Assembly: GCA_965215505.1 (NCBI GenBank) | Contig: OZ244065.1 | Span: 4,672,001 to 4,736,000, forward strand | Length of the DNA: 64,000 nt | From: Capsulimonadaceae bacterium | GTDB taxonomy: Bacteria > Armatimonadota > Armatimonadia > Armatimonadales > Capsulimonadaceae | Reading direction: 5' to 3' | Shown here: one piece after another, positions 21,337 to 33,292 of the stretch | Numbering within the stretch: the stretch's first letter is position 1 | How the letters are laid out: the number at the start of each line of letters is the position of its first letter | Translations under genes and position numbers: made by a program | The notes under the pieces: model-generated | Seen by the model: the letters and a program-made list of their open reading frames with translations, nothing else | What the model was told of the DNA's origin: nothing | Database searches by the model: none

Positions 21337-21516
21337 AAACACCTGTGAAAACACCTGCCGGCGGCGATCTCCAGCAGCGCGCGTGATAATGGACATTATG
21401 CGACGGGCTGCGCCTGGTGGAAACAAAGCAGGAAACCAAGCCGAGAAGTGAGAAACCAAGCGCGGCACTGCCCCGGACACTGCATAGCGATGTGTTTATC
21501 GGAATGAAAATGCCTT

Positions 21517-21855
21517 ATGAAAAAGCGCCTTCGCAAGAAATTGGGTGTCGGTGAGTTCGTGGAACTCGGATTTGAGGCTAAGTGGCAACTTCTGCCGCAA
21601 ACCTATAGTGGTCGCGATGTTTATGACGAAATCCAGCCGATTGATTACGAATTTGAGGCCTTAATTGTAGGCATGAAGCTCTATTTATGGGGATGGGGAG
21701 AGGGGCGATGGGCGGTCCACTTCCTTAACTGGATTGGGCGTGGTTCTGCAACGGAAGAACATCGGCAAATGGTTGAGCAATGGCTGGGCCAGCGTTCTGA
21801 TGTAAGCCGCTACGAGGTCGGCCCATTACGGGATGCCCGCAAGTATCCGCCTTAA
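21517..21855 (+). CDS. YggL/DUF469 family protein
   Basis: MKKRLRKKLGVGEFVELGF, GSATEEHRQMVEQWL, VGPLRDA. Confidence 0.8.
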   Translation: MKKRLRKKLGVGEFVELGFEAKWQLLPQTYSGRDVYDEIQPIDYEFEALIVGMKLYLWGWGEGRWAVHFLNWIGRGSATEEHRQMVEQWLGQRSDVSRYEVGPLRDARKYPP

Positions 21856-22470
21856 CAACGTGCTGCTGCCGTCCGCGTGACCACCTGCTTGTCAGCGATG
21901 TTCTGGGTCTGCCCGATGTTCTGATGCTGCCCGATGTTGACCTGCACGGCGGGCAGCTCCAGACGCCGCACCTGCGCCAACCCCCTTGATCGCCGACAGG
22001 TAGCGCCGGGGTGCCTGCTCGATCCGCTTCCCGTGCGCCTCCGACGGGCGCAGGCTCTGCTCCTTCAGGCTCTGTGCGACCAGCGCCTTGTAGGAGTGCA
22101 GGTGTAGCCAGCAGGTGACGGTCCGCTCCGCCAGCAGGGACTCCAGTGGGGAGGGCGATGCCCCCGCCAGCCGCGTGTGCAGCGCCCCGTCTGCCGCCGA
22201 CGGTCCTCTCCGAGCAGAATATTTGCCAGGGAGAGCAAACTGAATGGCCCCGTGGGATGTGCCGATAATACCCCTAACAGTCATTAGTGACGTCATGATA
22301 GCTTTGTCAGTGACGTTGCTGCCGGCCAGACCGCTGGGAGCATGAGGCAGGGGAGTTCAAGGGGGAGGGGAGTTCATAACTTGCCCAAGTTGAAGGTTTG
22401 CTTATGGATTCCCCAACCCGCCTAATGATTCCCGGAGAAATGGCTGGTTCCTGGGAAGAAAGGGGTCGGT

Positions 22471-23225
22471 ATGGGCGGAGTCGGATCGGGCCAATTCGGG
22501 GGCATCGTACCCACGCGCAAGAAGGCGGTGGAAGGCGGCACCAGCATCAGCGTGACGCCGCTGCGGGAGAGCGGCGTCTTCACCTCTGGCAAACCGGCTT
22601 CCCGCCCCTGCCGTGGGAGGCGCAGTTTACGGTCCAAAGTTTGCGGGTGTCAGCGTAGCTGCTGAGAGGCAAAAGTGAGACCGCCGGGGGCTGCTGAGGC
22701 AGGTCAGCGTCCGAGCCGTGCTGGATCAGGCGCTCGTCATCGTCGCGGTGTATTTGGGCGCGCAGGGACAGCCGCAGGTGGCCGAGGCGACGGTCAGGCT
22801 CGCCTGGTCGGACTGTCACTTCGGCGGGAAGCGGCCCTGGTTCCTCTGCCCGGCGTTGGATGATGGGGTGCCTTGCGAGCGGCGGGTGACGAAGTTGTAA
22901 TTTTTCGTGGGGCGGCTCCTTTCTGTGCCGCGAGTGTGCGGCCCTGGGCTACAAGAGCGACCATATGCCGTCATGGGAGCGGCCACTGCTGCGGGCGCAG
23001 AAGATCCGGCGGCGGCTGGGAGGGAGCGGGTCGTTGGGGGAGGACTTCCCGGATCGCCCGAAGGGGATGCACTACGACATCTGGGATAGCTCCCGGCGTC
23101 GGGCGCACAACCTCGTGAACGCCTATGTGCAGGGCAGTTCTGCGTACATGGAGGAGTGGGGGGAGCCGCTCCCTCCGAGGAGGTGGGCTGTCTCCCTGAT
23201 GCCTCAATTGGGGCCGAGGCACTGA
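22471..23225 (+). pseudogene. Degraded mobile-element-associated hypothetical gene
   Basis: Fragments in several frames: MGGVGSG..RKKAVE, FGGKRPWFLCP, CRECAALGYKS, AQKIRRRLG, PDRPKGMH. Confidence 0.6.
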
Positions 23226-23786
23226 GGACGGATTATGAAGGGCAAATGGCCCTAACTTGTCAAGCTGGTATGGTGTCACCTTGGTTGCCACACGGAGCCG
23301 CAATTCTGTTCAACAGCAGTTCCGTTCGGGCGGAACCGCTCTCCTTGCAAAACCCATCGCCCACGTCATAGAGAAGCCCCCGGCTGGCAAAACGCAGGGA
23401 TGCGCCATGACCGCCTGGGTGACTAAGCGGCGCGGGCCGTTGTCCGGGCAGCCAGTGCAATTTCGCCAGCGTATGAGCTAGTTCCCGCACCGTGCGTCAC
23501 TCCGACTCTCCCTAGCCTGTGCCGCCTTATGGAAACTCGTCAGGAGGAGCTAAGAACAGAGAGGCGTTCGGCTCATATTGTACCGACCTGTATCAAACCG
23601 GCCCAATAGCTTCTCTTTGTACAAACCGGGTTAGGGCTTTTGTTCTCTCGCGCTAGTGAAGCCATGATTCTCCACGAGGTGCCGGTTGAAAATCGCAGAA
23701 GTGTAGTCGGTTGGTCAGCGACTCGGGTCAGCCTCACAAAGTAGGTCATCCTCGGACTCGCTTTTAGTTACAGAGTGGCCTACCGT

Positions 23787-24803
23787 CTATCTCTTCTCGA
23801 TGAACCGCAGTTCCCTTGCCTCTCGCATGTCTAAGGTGACTTCTTCGGGTGGGAGGCATTGGTGTGTTTCGTGGTAGAAACGTGAAAAACTCGGGGCGTT
23901 CTGGATTGCCTGATGCATTGCTAACGCAAGCCGCAGATACCGCTTTTGGTCCGCCATGTCTCTCTTCTCCTGCTCCATACAATAATCCGCTTCTTTCTTA
24001 TCTGTCGCGAGATCTTCGTCGGTATACGCCTTCGCCATTAGGTCTAGATAGCCGTTCGTATTATTGCAGGAGTTCCGAACAGCCCTATTGGCTTCCTGGG
24101 CACGGGTTAAATTATCGTTATAGTCCTGCACAAGTCTGTCGAGCGGTACGCCCCGGAAGTCCTGTGTCGGCGTCGAATAAGACGGAACGATGCTTGGCGT
24201 GATGACGGGGGGCGTTGCCATTGGGTTAGTGACGGCTTGTTCCTGTACGTTCCTGATCCAAACCTCTGTCTGTTGTCCTGGTGGGCTTTTACCGTCCCAC
24301 CAGGAACCAATCGTGATCGCGTCAGGAGTGATTGTGGAAGCTTCTGTAGCCACCTGTACACTATCCAACCATATCGTTAGTGCCCGTCCGTCACTGGCAC
24401 AGACAACTTGGTGCCAGCGCATATCAGCGGGTTGTCCAAACTTGTTGGTGTTTCCTATAAAAGCTCCTATACCCTTGTACCAACCGTCCGCTCCCACCCA
24501 AGCGATGACGGTCGGCCCGCTGTAAAGACGCACGGCAGCGCCAGCAGACCGCAGGTGGCCGAAGCGAATGCTAAAGGCCACGCGCCACATGGGTGCTGCT
24601 GCAAAATGCAGTTTTGCTGTTGCTGTCGCATAAGAGGTCGTGTCGGTTGGATCGGACTGATCTAGGTGAAGGCCAGTGGCACTAATTTCCGCTAAATTCG
24701 CGCCTTTACTAAGAGACCATTGGTGTGAAGTGGATGCTTCAGATGCTGGCACCGCAACGACCATGGCGAGTAACAGGAGTATGAACGAGTGCCTCAGTTT
24801 CAT
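23787..24803 (-). CDS. Secreted hypothetical protein, beta-rich (LamG/ConA-like) N-half and helical C-half
   Basis: Signal peptide MKLRHSFILLLL; WHQVVCASDGRALTIWLD resembles LamG strands. Confidence 0.55.
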   Translation of the reverse strand: MKLRHSFILLLLAMVVAVPASEASTSHQWSLSKGANLAEISATGLHLDQSDPTDTTSYATATAKLHFAAAPMWRVAFSIRFGHLRSAGAAVRLYSGPTVIAWVGADGWYKGIGAFIGNTNKFGQPADMRWHQVVCASDGRALTIWLDSVQVATEASTITPDAITIGSWWDGKSPPGQQTEVWIRNVQEQAVTNPMATPPVITPSIVPSYSTPTQDFRGVPLDRLVQDYNDNLTRAQEANRAVRNSCNNTNGYLDLMAKAYTDEDLATDKKEADYCMEQEKRDMADQKRYLRLALAMHQAIQNAPSFSRFYHETHQCLPPEEVTLDMREARELRFIEKR

Positions 24804-24940
24804 GTCGTCTATCCTCTCGCAGCTGTTCTGGTAAGGCGGAAAGCGTCTGCACCAGATTGATGTGAAGTATTTCTCTCGACTTGCTCGTAATGTTCTATGA
24901 TAGAACATTATAGCACACTGCTTGCAATAAGATCAAGGCA

Positions 24941-25207
24941 GTGTTTCGTCTTAGAACAGATAAAGAAGATGCCCGCCCGAAGAACATCATCGCCAAACGG
25001 GTACGGGAGGCGCGTCGGCGTTTCCAGCCGCGTATGACGCAGGCAGATCTATCTACTACACTTCAGGAAATGGGCGTCCGCATTGACCGTGCTGGCATCA
25101 GCAAGATTGAGGGTGGGGAGCGGGTCGTGCTGGATTTTGAGCTAAAGGCGATTGGGGAGGCTCTGTTGGTAAAAGTGGGATGGCTACTCAATGAGGTTGA
25201 GCCATAA
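24941..25207 (+). CDS. XRE-family HTH regulator
   Basis: RVREARR..MTQADLS..ISKIEGGER..IGEALLVKVGWLL. Confidence 0.85.
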   Translation: MFRLRTDKEDARPKNIIAKRVREARRRFQPRMTQADLSTTLQEMGVRIDRAGISKIEGGERVVLDFELKAIGEALLVKVGWLLNEVEP

Positions 25208-25791
25208 GCGCCACTGAAAAAATCAGGTACTAACGAGCACGCCGCATCCATCTAAATGTCCACTTACTTGATTTTCTGAGTAATCGCCACCTCCCGCTGA
25301 ATGATTTGCCGCGTGCCTGTTGAGTGGAGAGGAGCCGAACGAGATGCGGCGGGCAGGGAGCCTAAAATATACTGCGGTAAGCGCAATGAGATTAACGAGA
25401 GGGCGACGTAATCCCTGCATCTGACGGATGCTGTTCGGCTCATTCCGTTGTGGCTGAGATCATAAAGAAACAGCAAGGTAGTAGAGGACAATGCTAGCAG
25501 ATTTGGTACGACAGGCTTGGACTACGGGGGATGCTGGACCTCACGATGGTTGCTATTGTTGATGCGATGATATGGCCAGTGCGATGGTGTTCTTGCAGCG
25601 GTAGCAGGGGACGAACTGGAAGACGCAGATCGCACTGACGCCCTGGATCGTGTCCCGATTCGAGCCGCTCTCGGTGCTGGGGGAAAGCAACGGGATCAGA
25701 GACCTTCTGGCGGAGTGCTTCCAGATGGTGATCCGCACGATGGTCTTGAAGGGAACACTCGGGTGCGTCCCGCTATTCGAGCGGTTCAAGT

Positions 25792-28700
25792 GTTTCAATT
25801 CCAGCCTGGTTCTATTAGAAGCTGGTGGCGCAGATCCGCGAGCAGGAGCAGCCGGTCTAGTTTCAATCCCAGCCTGGTTCTAATTAGAAGAAACGCAAGG
25901 CCGACACGATCCGTTTTGACGAACCTATGTTTCAATTCCAGCCTGGTTCTATTAGAAGGCCGCCCGGCTGTGACAGGCTCCTAGAGGGCATAGAATCGTT
26001 TCAATTCCAGCTTGGTTCTATTAGAAGACGGCACCGGGCCGCAGGGGGCCGGGAGCATTGGCTAGTTTCAATTCCAGCTTGGTTCTATTAGAAGCCGGCG
26101 GCAGGGAGGCGGACAGGAGCGCCGGGGCGTCCCCGAGTTTCAATTCCAGCTTGGTTCTATTAGAAGCTTCATCTTCGCGCCGAGCAGGGCGGCCTGCCGC
26201 TCCCACGTTTCAATTCCAGCTTGGTTCTATTAGAAGCGGCAGCTTCTATCTTGGGGACGACTACATGAGTCACAGGTTTCAATTCCAGCTTGGTTCTATT
26301 AGAAGCCGGCCTGTCTCCGACGCGGAGGCAAAGGCGTACATTCATGTTTCAATTCCAGCTTGGTTCTATTAGAAGCGGAGCGGGGGCAAGCGGGCATGAG
26401 CCTCTACGCCGTGTTTCAATTCCAGCTTGGTTCTATTAGAAGCTTGACGCTGAGGCCGACGCCCGCGCCGGACTGCCCCGCGTTTCAATTCCAGCTTGGT
26501 TCTATTAGAAGCCTCCCGCAGCCCGGCGTGGACCACCGACTCCATCCACGTTTCAATTCCAGCTTGGTTCTATTAGAAGGCCGTCAGGCCGGAGCCATAT
26601 CCACACGCCGTCGCGAGTTTCAATTCCAGCTTGGTTCTATTAGAAGGCGCTTCTGGTTATAGAGCATCGTCAAGGTCCAGTTTCGTTTCAATTCCAGCTT
26701 GGTTCTATTAGAAGACCCGGTGGGGGCGCTCGGGGTGACCTCCACGGACGGGTTTCAATTCCAGCTTGGTTCTATTAGAAGACTCGGGCGACGGCTCCCG
26801 CCCACGGCCGACGAGCTGGTTTCAATTCCAGCTTGGTTCTATTAGAAGGGCCGCCCTCACCTTCGCCCAAGCCTTGCAGGAGCGGTTTCAATTCCAGCTT
26901 GGTTCTATTAGAAGCCGTCTTCCAGGGCGCGGACGTGGACCGGCTGATCGGTTTCAATTCCAGCTTGGTTCTATTAGAAGAGTAGTAAACGTCCGCGTCT
27001 CCGGGCGCAACGTCGTCGGTTTCAATTCCAGCTTGGTTCTATTAGAAGGATATTTGGTTGAGCCATCGCCTTTGAGTCCCAGGTTTCAATTCCAGCTTGG
27101 TTCTATTAGAAGGCCCAGACAGCCTCGAAAATGGGCGCTTTCCATTCATCGTTTCAATTCCAGCTTGGTTCTATTAGAAGACCGAAGGCCTGTCGCAAGT
27201 GTGGGCGCGTGGAACGGGTTTCAATTCCAGCTTGGTTCTATTAGAAGCACCCCGAAAATGTCTAAAACAGACAGCGGGAGTAACTGAGTTTCAATTCCAG
27301 CTTGGTTCTATTAGAAGCTCGTAGACCAGCCGCGCCCAGCGCAGGTCGACCTGTTTCAATTCCAGCTTGGTTCTATTAGAAGCTGGCTCACCCGCCCACG
27401 CCCTCGTTCGCGGGCAACCCGTTTCAATTCCAGCTTGGTTCTATTAGAAGATGATGTCCGCGAAAAAGCCGGGGGCCAGGTTGACGGTTTCAATTCCAGC
27501 TTGGTTCTATTAGAAGCCGTGCCGGACGTTCCCGACGACGCGGCGCTGTATCTCCGTTTCAATTCCAGCTTGGTTCTATTAGAAGGAGGTCGTGAACACG
27601 CCGCCCGTGTCAAAGTTGAGCGTGTTTCAATTCCAGCTTGGTTCTATTAGAAGGTCGTCAGCCGGTGCGGGTTTGTTTTCCATTGGTTCACCTTTGTTTC
27701 AATTCCAGCTTGGTTCTATTAGAAGCAGTAGCCGAACCACTCCTGGAGCAGCCCGATCCACTCGTAGATGTGGTCTTCTAGTTTCAATTCCAGCTTGGTT
27801 CTATTAGAAGAGGCAGTAGACGCGCTTGTTAATTGCGCCGTAATACATTGTTTCAATTCCAGCTTGGTTCTATTAGAAGCATGGGGTCGCACCCGGCAGG
27901 GTCGCACTCGCAACCCTTGTTTCAATTCCAGCTTGGTTCTATTAGAAGTTACCGGCCCGTCCGCCGCCGTCAGCACGGACACTAGTTTCAATTCCAGCTT
28001 GGTTCTATTAGAAGGGGCCGGCACGACGCGCACGTTGGAGGCATACGAGTTTCAATTCCAGCTTGGTTCTATTAGAAGCGGGTCCAGGACGTTGCCAATG
28101 TCCGAGAAAGCAAGCTTCGTTTCAATTCCAGCTTGGTTCTATTAGAAGTGGTCCCTAACGCCTCGGCATCATGGGAATCAACCTGTTTCAATTCCAGCTT
28201 GGTTCTATTAGAAGATGGGGACGCTGACACCCGAGCAACACATCGCCATCAATAGTTTCAATTCCAGCTTGGTTCTATTAGAAGTCGATACTTCATCGTG
28301 GTAGATGAGGGTATCCAGCGTTTCAATTCCAGCTTGGTTCTATTAGAAGGATCGGCAGCTCGACGCTCAGGAACGCCTCATTGCCGTTTCAATTCCAGCT
28401 TGGTTCTATTAGAAGCCGCATCCGCGTGGACGAGGGCGCGGAGCAGAAGGACCTGTTTCAATTCCAGCTTGGTTCTATTAGAAGACGGGGCATAATAGCG
28501 GTGGTAACGCCCCAGCAGGAGAGTTTCAATTCCAGCTTGGTTCTATTAGAAGCATGGAGACTCAGGCGACCCATCCCGCCCCCCACGAGTTTCAATTCCA
28601 GCTTGGTTCTATTAGAAGCTGACCGGTGCGCGCCACCTGTACGTCCTCCCCTAGTTTCAATTCCAGCTTGGTTCTATTAGAAGGCTGCTGGTGGTCGCGG

Positions 28701-31518
28701 CCGGCGACCGCTGCCTGTACCAGTTTCAATTCCAGCTTGGTTCTATTAGAAGTCGCCGCCTCCCAGCCCCAAGGCGAGTCGGAATACATTGTTTCAATTC
28801 CAGCTTGGTTCTATTAGAAGGTTCTGGGACCTCGGGCGGGGCGGCTGGCACGGGCTGGTTTCAATTCCAGCTTGGTTCTATTAGAAGCACGGCGGGCGCG
28901 TCCTGGCCGTCACGGTCGTTACGAGTTTCAATTCCAGCTTGGTTCTATTAGAAGACATCGTGGCCCCCTTACTTCCCGAGCATGACGCGGGTTTCAATTC
29001 CAGCTTGGTTCTATTAGAAGCCATCAGTTGCAGGATGTTCATAGCGCGCTAGTCTTTGTTTCAATTCCAGCTTGGTTCTATTAGAAGTCCACGTCCGAGT
29101 TGTAGACGCGCAGGATCGCACGGTTTCAATTCCAGCTTGGTTCTATTAGAAGTCGGCGCAGGGTCAGGACTGTAGGCCGCATATCCTTGTTTCAATTCCA
29201 GCTTGGTTCTATTAGAAGCCGCCGTGCGACGCTGGCCTCGCACATCGCCGCCTCGACTTGTTTCAATTCCAGCTTGGTTCTATTAGAAGGCGCGCTGGAG
29301 GCCGAAACCATCGACGCCCTGCCGGTTTCAATTCCAGCTTGGTTCTATTAGAAGCAGCGGGCGGAAGTACTCGGCAGCCCGCTGGATGCCTAGTTTCAAT
29401 TCCAGCTTGGTTCTATTAGAAGGAGCAGGTACACCCCGTCCCCGACGATGTGGAAGTTGTTTCAATTCCAGCTTGGTTCTATTAGAAGTTGACGGTCAGG
29501 CCCTTGACAATATGAGCCGGGATGTAGGTTTCAATTCCAGCTTGGTTCTATTAGAAGGGGGATTGATCTGCCACCCCGGAGGCCGCCACAGCTGTTTCAA
29601 TTCCAGCTTGGTTCTATTAGAAGCGTCGCGCGGGTTGGCGTAGCAGACTTTCCACAGGAACGTGTTTCAATTCCAGCTTGGTTCTATTAGAAGAATCGAA
29701 GTGCATAAAGGCTGGCACCGTCACCCGAAGTTTCAATTCCAGCTTGGTTCTATTAGAAGTCAAGGGGGCGACCACGGACCTGGGCGGCAAGCTGCTGTTT
29801 CAATTCCAGCTTGGTTCTATTAGAAGCGTCCCGGTCGCCGTGCCGGGGTCCCAGGCGTCCGTGTCGTTTCAATTCCAGCTTGGTTCTATTAGAAGCTTGC
29901 CCGTAGTGCTGTGCGTGGTCTACACACGAGGGCAGGTTTCAATTCCAGCTTGGTTCTATTAGAAGCTGGCAGAACACCGGTTGGTTCACTGCTCCAGGTC
30001 CTCCACGTTTCAATTCCAGCTTGGTTCTATTAGAAGGCTTCGGCCCGCTGACCGGCGCGGGCAGCCTCAGCGTGTTTCAATTCCAGCTTGGTTCTATTAG
30101 AAGCCTCCCACCCGTCCAACTCCCTCCCCCGGACGCTCATGTTTCAATTCCAGCTTGGTTCTATTAGAAGCGGCACGGGGAGCGGCCCCAATGAACACCC
30201 CCCGCAAGTTTCAATTCCAGCTTGGTTCTATTAGAAGAAGCACACCGCCGAGATGCTCCGCGCCCGCTGCATCTGTTTCAATTCCAGCTTGGTTCTATTA
30301 GAAGCTCGTGATCTGTAAAGCAACTGAGGGCAGCAACTTCAGTTTCAATTCCAGCTTGGTTCTATTAGAAGAACGTGGTGCTTTACCACTTGTTGGCCTA
30401 GATGTATGTTTCAATTCCAGCTTGGTTCTATTAGAAGCTCATAAGTTCTTGTCAAGACCTTTCAAGGTTTATTTGTTTCAATTCCAGCTTGGTTCTATTA
30501 GAAGGCAACGTGCGCGGCTTGACTAGGATCATTGGCTTGTTGGTTTCAATTCCAGCTTGGTTCTATTAGAAGTAGAGGTCGCCCGTGTCGGGCCGCACGT
30601 CTAGCATCTCGGTTTCAATTCCAGCTTGGTTCTATTAGAAGGGGTGAGGTAGGTCGGCACGCCCGCCGCGTTTAGCCGCGTTTCAATTCCAGCTTGGTTC
30701 TATTAGAAGACGGCGCAGAAGGTCGCCGCACTGTCCTCGTACCTGCTCGTTTCAATTCCAGCTTGGTTCTATTAGAAGTTTCCCCGTGACCCGCGCCCGT
30801 GTCCTTTTCTCAGAGTTTCAATTCCAGCTTGGTTCTATTAGAAGTCTCCGTCGCCTTCGGGCGCGCGGGCGGCCTCCCCCTCAGTTTCAATTCCAGCTTG
30901 GTTCTATTAGAAGGAGCATCAATCGTGTCTGTAACCATGACGCCCATTATAGTTTCAATTCCAGCTTGGTTCTATTAGAAGCCGATCAACGATGACAACA
31001 CAATCCGTCAGTCTCTCATGCGTTTCAATTCCAGCTTGGTTCTATTAGAAGTGGTGGATCAATCAGCAGAAGCAACAGGTTGAGAAGTTTCAATTCCAGC
31101 TTGGTTCTATTAGAAGCGGGGTCTATGCTCCGTTTCCAGTGGGCGAGAGCATGTTTCAATTCCAGCTTGGTTCTATTAGAAGGACGGAACGGTCGTGGAG
31201 CGCCACCTGTTCAATCACGAGTTTCAATTCCAGCTTGGTTCTATTAGAAGTTTGCCAACGTACTGAAAACGTCCCGGTTCGGCGTGTTTCAATTCCAGCT
31301 TGGTTCTATTAGAAGGCGAGTGCGCCACCACGCGCCGCGCGTCCCGGTCCTCGTTTCAATTCCAGCTTGGTTCTATTAGAAGGCTGGGGCCGCCCCTGAT
31401 CAACATCTCCCAGGGCCTCTGTTTCAATTCCAGCTTGGTTCTATTAGAAGTGGGCCTGCTCAACGTCTATGTGGCGTTCTACATCTATGTTTCAATTCCA
31501 GCTTGGTTCTATTAGAAG
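25792..31518 (-). CRISPR. CRISPR array, 85 repeats / 84 spacers (manual count), type I-B-like
   Basis: 30-nt repeat GTTTCAATTCCAGCTTGGTTCTATTAGAAG on plus (CTTCTAATAGAACCAAGCTGGAATTGAAAC on minus, ending ATTGAAAC). Spacers mostly 34-42 nt. The three leftmost repeats are variant (trailer end); leader is next to cas2. Confidence 0.98.
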
Positions 31519-31722
31519 ACCACATCTGGTAGTGGTCGGTCATTGCCGTACTAGGTCTGTGAAGGCGAAACGCTGACACAGCCATTATGTCACAGGAATG
31601 GGATTTTTCACCCGCTTTTTGGGGGAAAGAGTCGTCGGCCTTCTCTGTAGCAGAGGGCTACCGGGGGCCGACGACACGCGGATGGAGGCCAAAACGAGCG
31701 AACGGATTGGGTGAGGATCGGG
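31519..31722 (-). promoter_or_regulatory. CRISPR leader
   Basis: Between cas2 and the first repeat. Inverted repeat GTCGTCGGCC/GGCCGACGAC (about 31631-31675); TG-n-CATAAT -10-like box on minus strand near 31585. Confidence 0.8.
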
Positions 31723-31986
31723 TTAGAGGAAGTTGCTGACGGGGAGCTTCTCGCAGCCGAACACCTGGCGGTCTACCCACTTGGCGTCGCGCAGGACCCA
31801 GAGGAGGACCGAGTCGCGCTCCCCCGTGAGGAGTTTCTTCAGGCCAACCTTCATGGATTCCAGTTTGGACTCCGGCAGGTCGCCCTCGAAGACCGAGTTC
31901 TGGACGCGCGGCAGGAAGCGCCGCATGAACTTGCAGACCTTGCCGACCCGCTCTTCCCCCACGTCGTAGACGACGATGACGTACAT
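31723..31986 (-). CDS. cas2: CRISPR-associated endoribonuclease Cas2
   Basis: MYVIVVYDV, RVQNSVFEG. Confidence 0.97.
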   Translation of the reverse strand: MYVIVVYDVGEERVGKVCKFMRRFLPRVQNSVFEGDLPESKLESMKVGLKKLLTGERDSVLLWVLRDAKWVDRQVFGCEKLPVSNFL

Positions 31987-32037
31987 GATGAAGTCCTCCA
32001 GATGTGCTGCCAGGAAGGATGCGCTGCCGGCGAGCCG

Positions 32038-33261
32038 TCACCACCAGGCGCGGAAGGCGCGGTAAGTTTCCGCGCCGGTCAGGTGCCGGATCAGCTTGTA
32101 GCACTCCAGGCGGATCAGGTGCCGGTACGAGACCGAACGCCCCAGGCGACGGTGCTTGATGGTGGTCGCCAGGCGGTCCTCCAGAGCGCCCAGGAACAGC
32201 TTCTTGCCCGCGTCGGTCAGGAAGCAGCCGTCGAGGCTGCGGTCGAAGTGGCTGTCCTTGAGCTGGCCCGTGTTGATCAGGCGGAAGATGGCCCGGTCCA
32301 CGATCAGAGGCTTGAAGATCTCCGACAGGTCCAGAGCCAGCGAGAAGCGGCGCGCGCCCGGCTCGTGCAGGTAGGAGATGGTGGGCGTAAGCTGCGTGCG
32401 GTAGATCTCGCCCAGGCAAACGGTGTAGAGGTGTGAGTTGCCGAAGGAGATCAGCGCGTTGACCTCGTTGTCGGGCGGGCGGCGGACGCGCCGCTCGAAC
32501 GTCCATCCTTCGCTGAGGATGTGCCGCCACGCCTGGTAGTAACGCTCGCGCATCTTGCCCTCGATGCCGCGCAACATGTTGATCTCGGCCTGCGCCCCGA
32601 TCAGGTCGGACAGGCCGCCGATGACGTCGCGCAGGGTGCCGAGTGGGCTGGCCGCCTCGTCCCAGACGACCGCGCCGACAAGCGGGTCCGCCTCTCCGTC
32701 CTCCGGCGCTTCGCCTTCGGGTGACACGGCCTCTTGGGGCGGCGCAGGCGCGGCGGCGACAGCGTCTACGGCCGCCTCGGCGTCCGGGTCCGTGGGAACC
32801 CCGCTGCTCGCCCCGCCCTCGCTGCTGGGGGCCTCTTCCGCCCCGATCTCCCCCGCCGGCTCGCGCTCGTCGCCCGCGCCGCCCTTGCGCTTCTCGTAGT
32901 AGGCGATGTTGCGGAGGAGCGAATGGGCGGCCCCGCGCACCAGTTCACGCGCGAGCATCAGGCGCCGATCCATGTCCGCGTAGTGGCTGACCTGGTGGAC
33001 GAGCAGGTAGCCGGAGTGCAGGTATTCGCGCGGATAGTAGGAGCCGGCGTAGAAGCCGTAGTAGTTGAAGACGTGCAGGGGGATCTTCTTTTGCGACAGG
33101 AAGTTGAGTAGCTTGGTGTTCAGGTCCACCTCGCCGTAGAGGTACAGGCTCTCCACGTCCTCGACCGGCACGGGCCGCTTCTGGCCGGCCTCGTTCTCGA
33201 TGTAGAGCGTGTTGGCCTCGCGCTTGACGCGCCCGTTGGACAGCACATAGTAGTTCTTCAT
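32038..33261 (-). CDS. cas1: Type I-B Cas1 with an internal acidic insertion
   Basis: HVFNYYGFYAGSYYP, RGIEG, RRPPDNEVNALISFGNS, SYLHEP, LALDLSEIFKP. Confidence 0.97.
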   Translation of the reverse strand: MKNYYVLSNGRVKREANTLYIENEAGQKRPVPVEDVESLYLYGEVDLNTKLLNFLSQKKIPLHVFNYYGFYAGSYYPREYLHSGYLLVHQVSHYADMDRRLMLARELVRGAAHSLLRNIAYYEKRKGGAGDEREPAGEIGAEEAPSSEGGASSGVPTDPDAEAAVDAVAAAPAPPQEAVSPEGEAPEDGEADPLVGAVVWDEAASPLGTLRDVIGGLSDLIGAQAEINMLRGIEGKMRERYYQAWRHILSEGWTFERRVRRPPDNEVNALISFGNSHLYTVCLGEIYRTQLTPTISYLHEPGARRFSLALDLSEIFKPLIVDRAIFRLINTGQLKDSHFDRSLDGCFLTDAGKKLFLGALEDRLATTIKHRRLGRSVSYRHLIRLECYKLIRHLTGAETYRAFRAWW

Positions 33262-33292
33262 GACATTCTCTTCATGGCGCGCTCCCCCTGCC

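Noticed and set aside
31183-31220. Spacer resembling 43140-43160 (GACGGAAC..) as a self-target
   Set aside because: Only a short, mismatched similarity, compatible with chance.
25650-31515. Many short ORFs with FNSSLVLLE / FQFQLGSIR / SNRTKLELK repeats
   Set aside because: They are translations of the CRISPR repeat.
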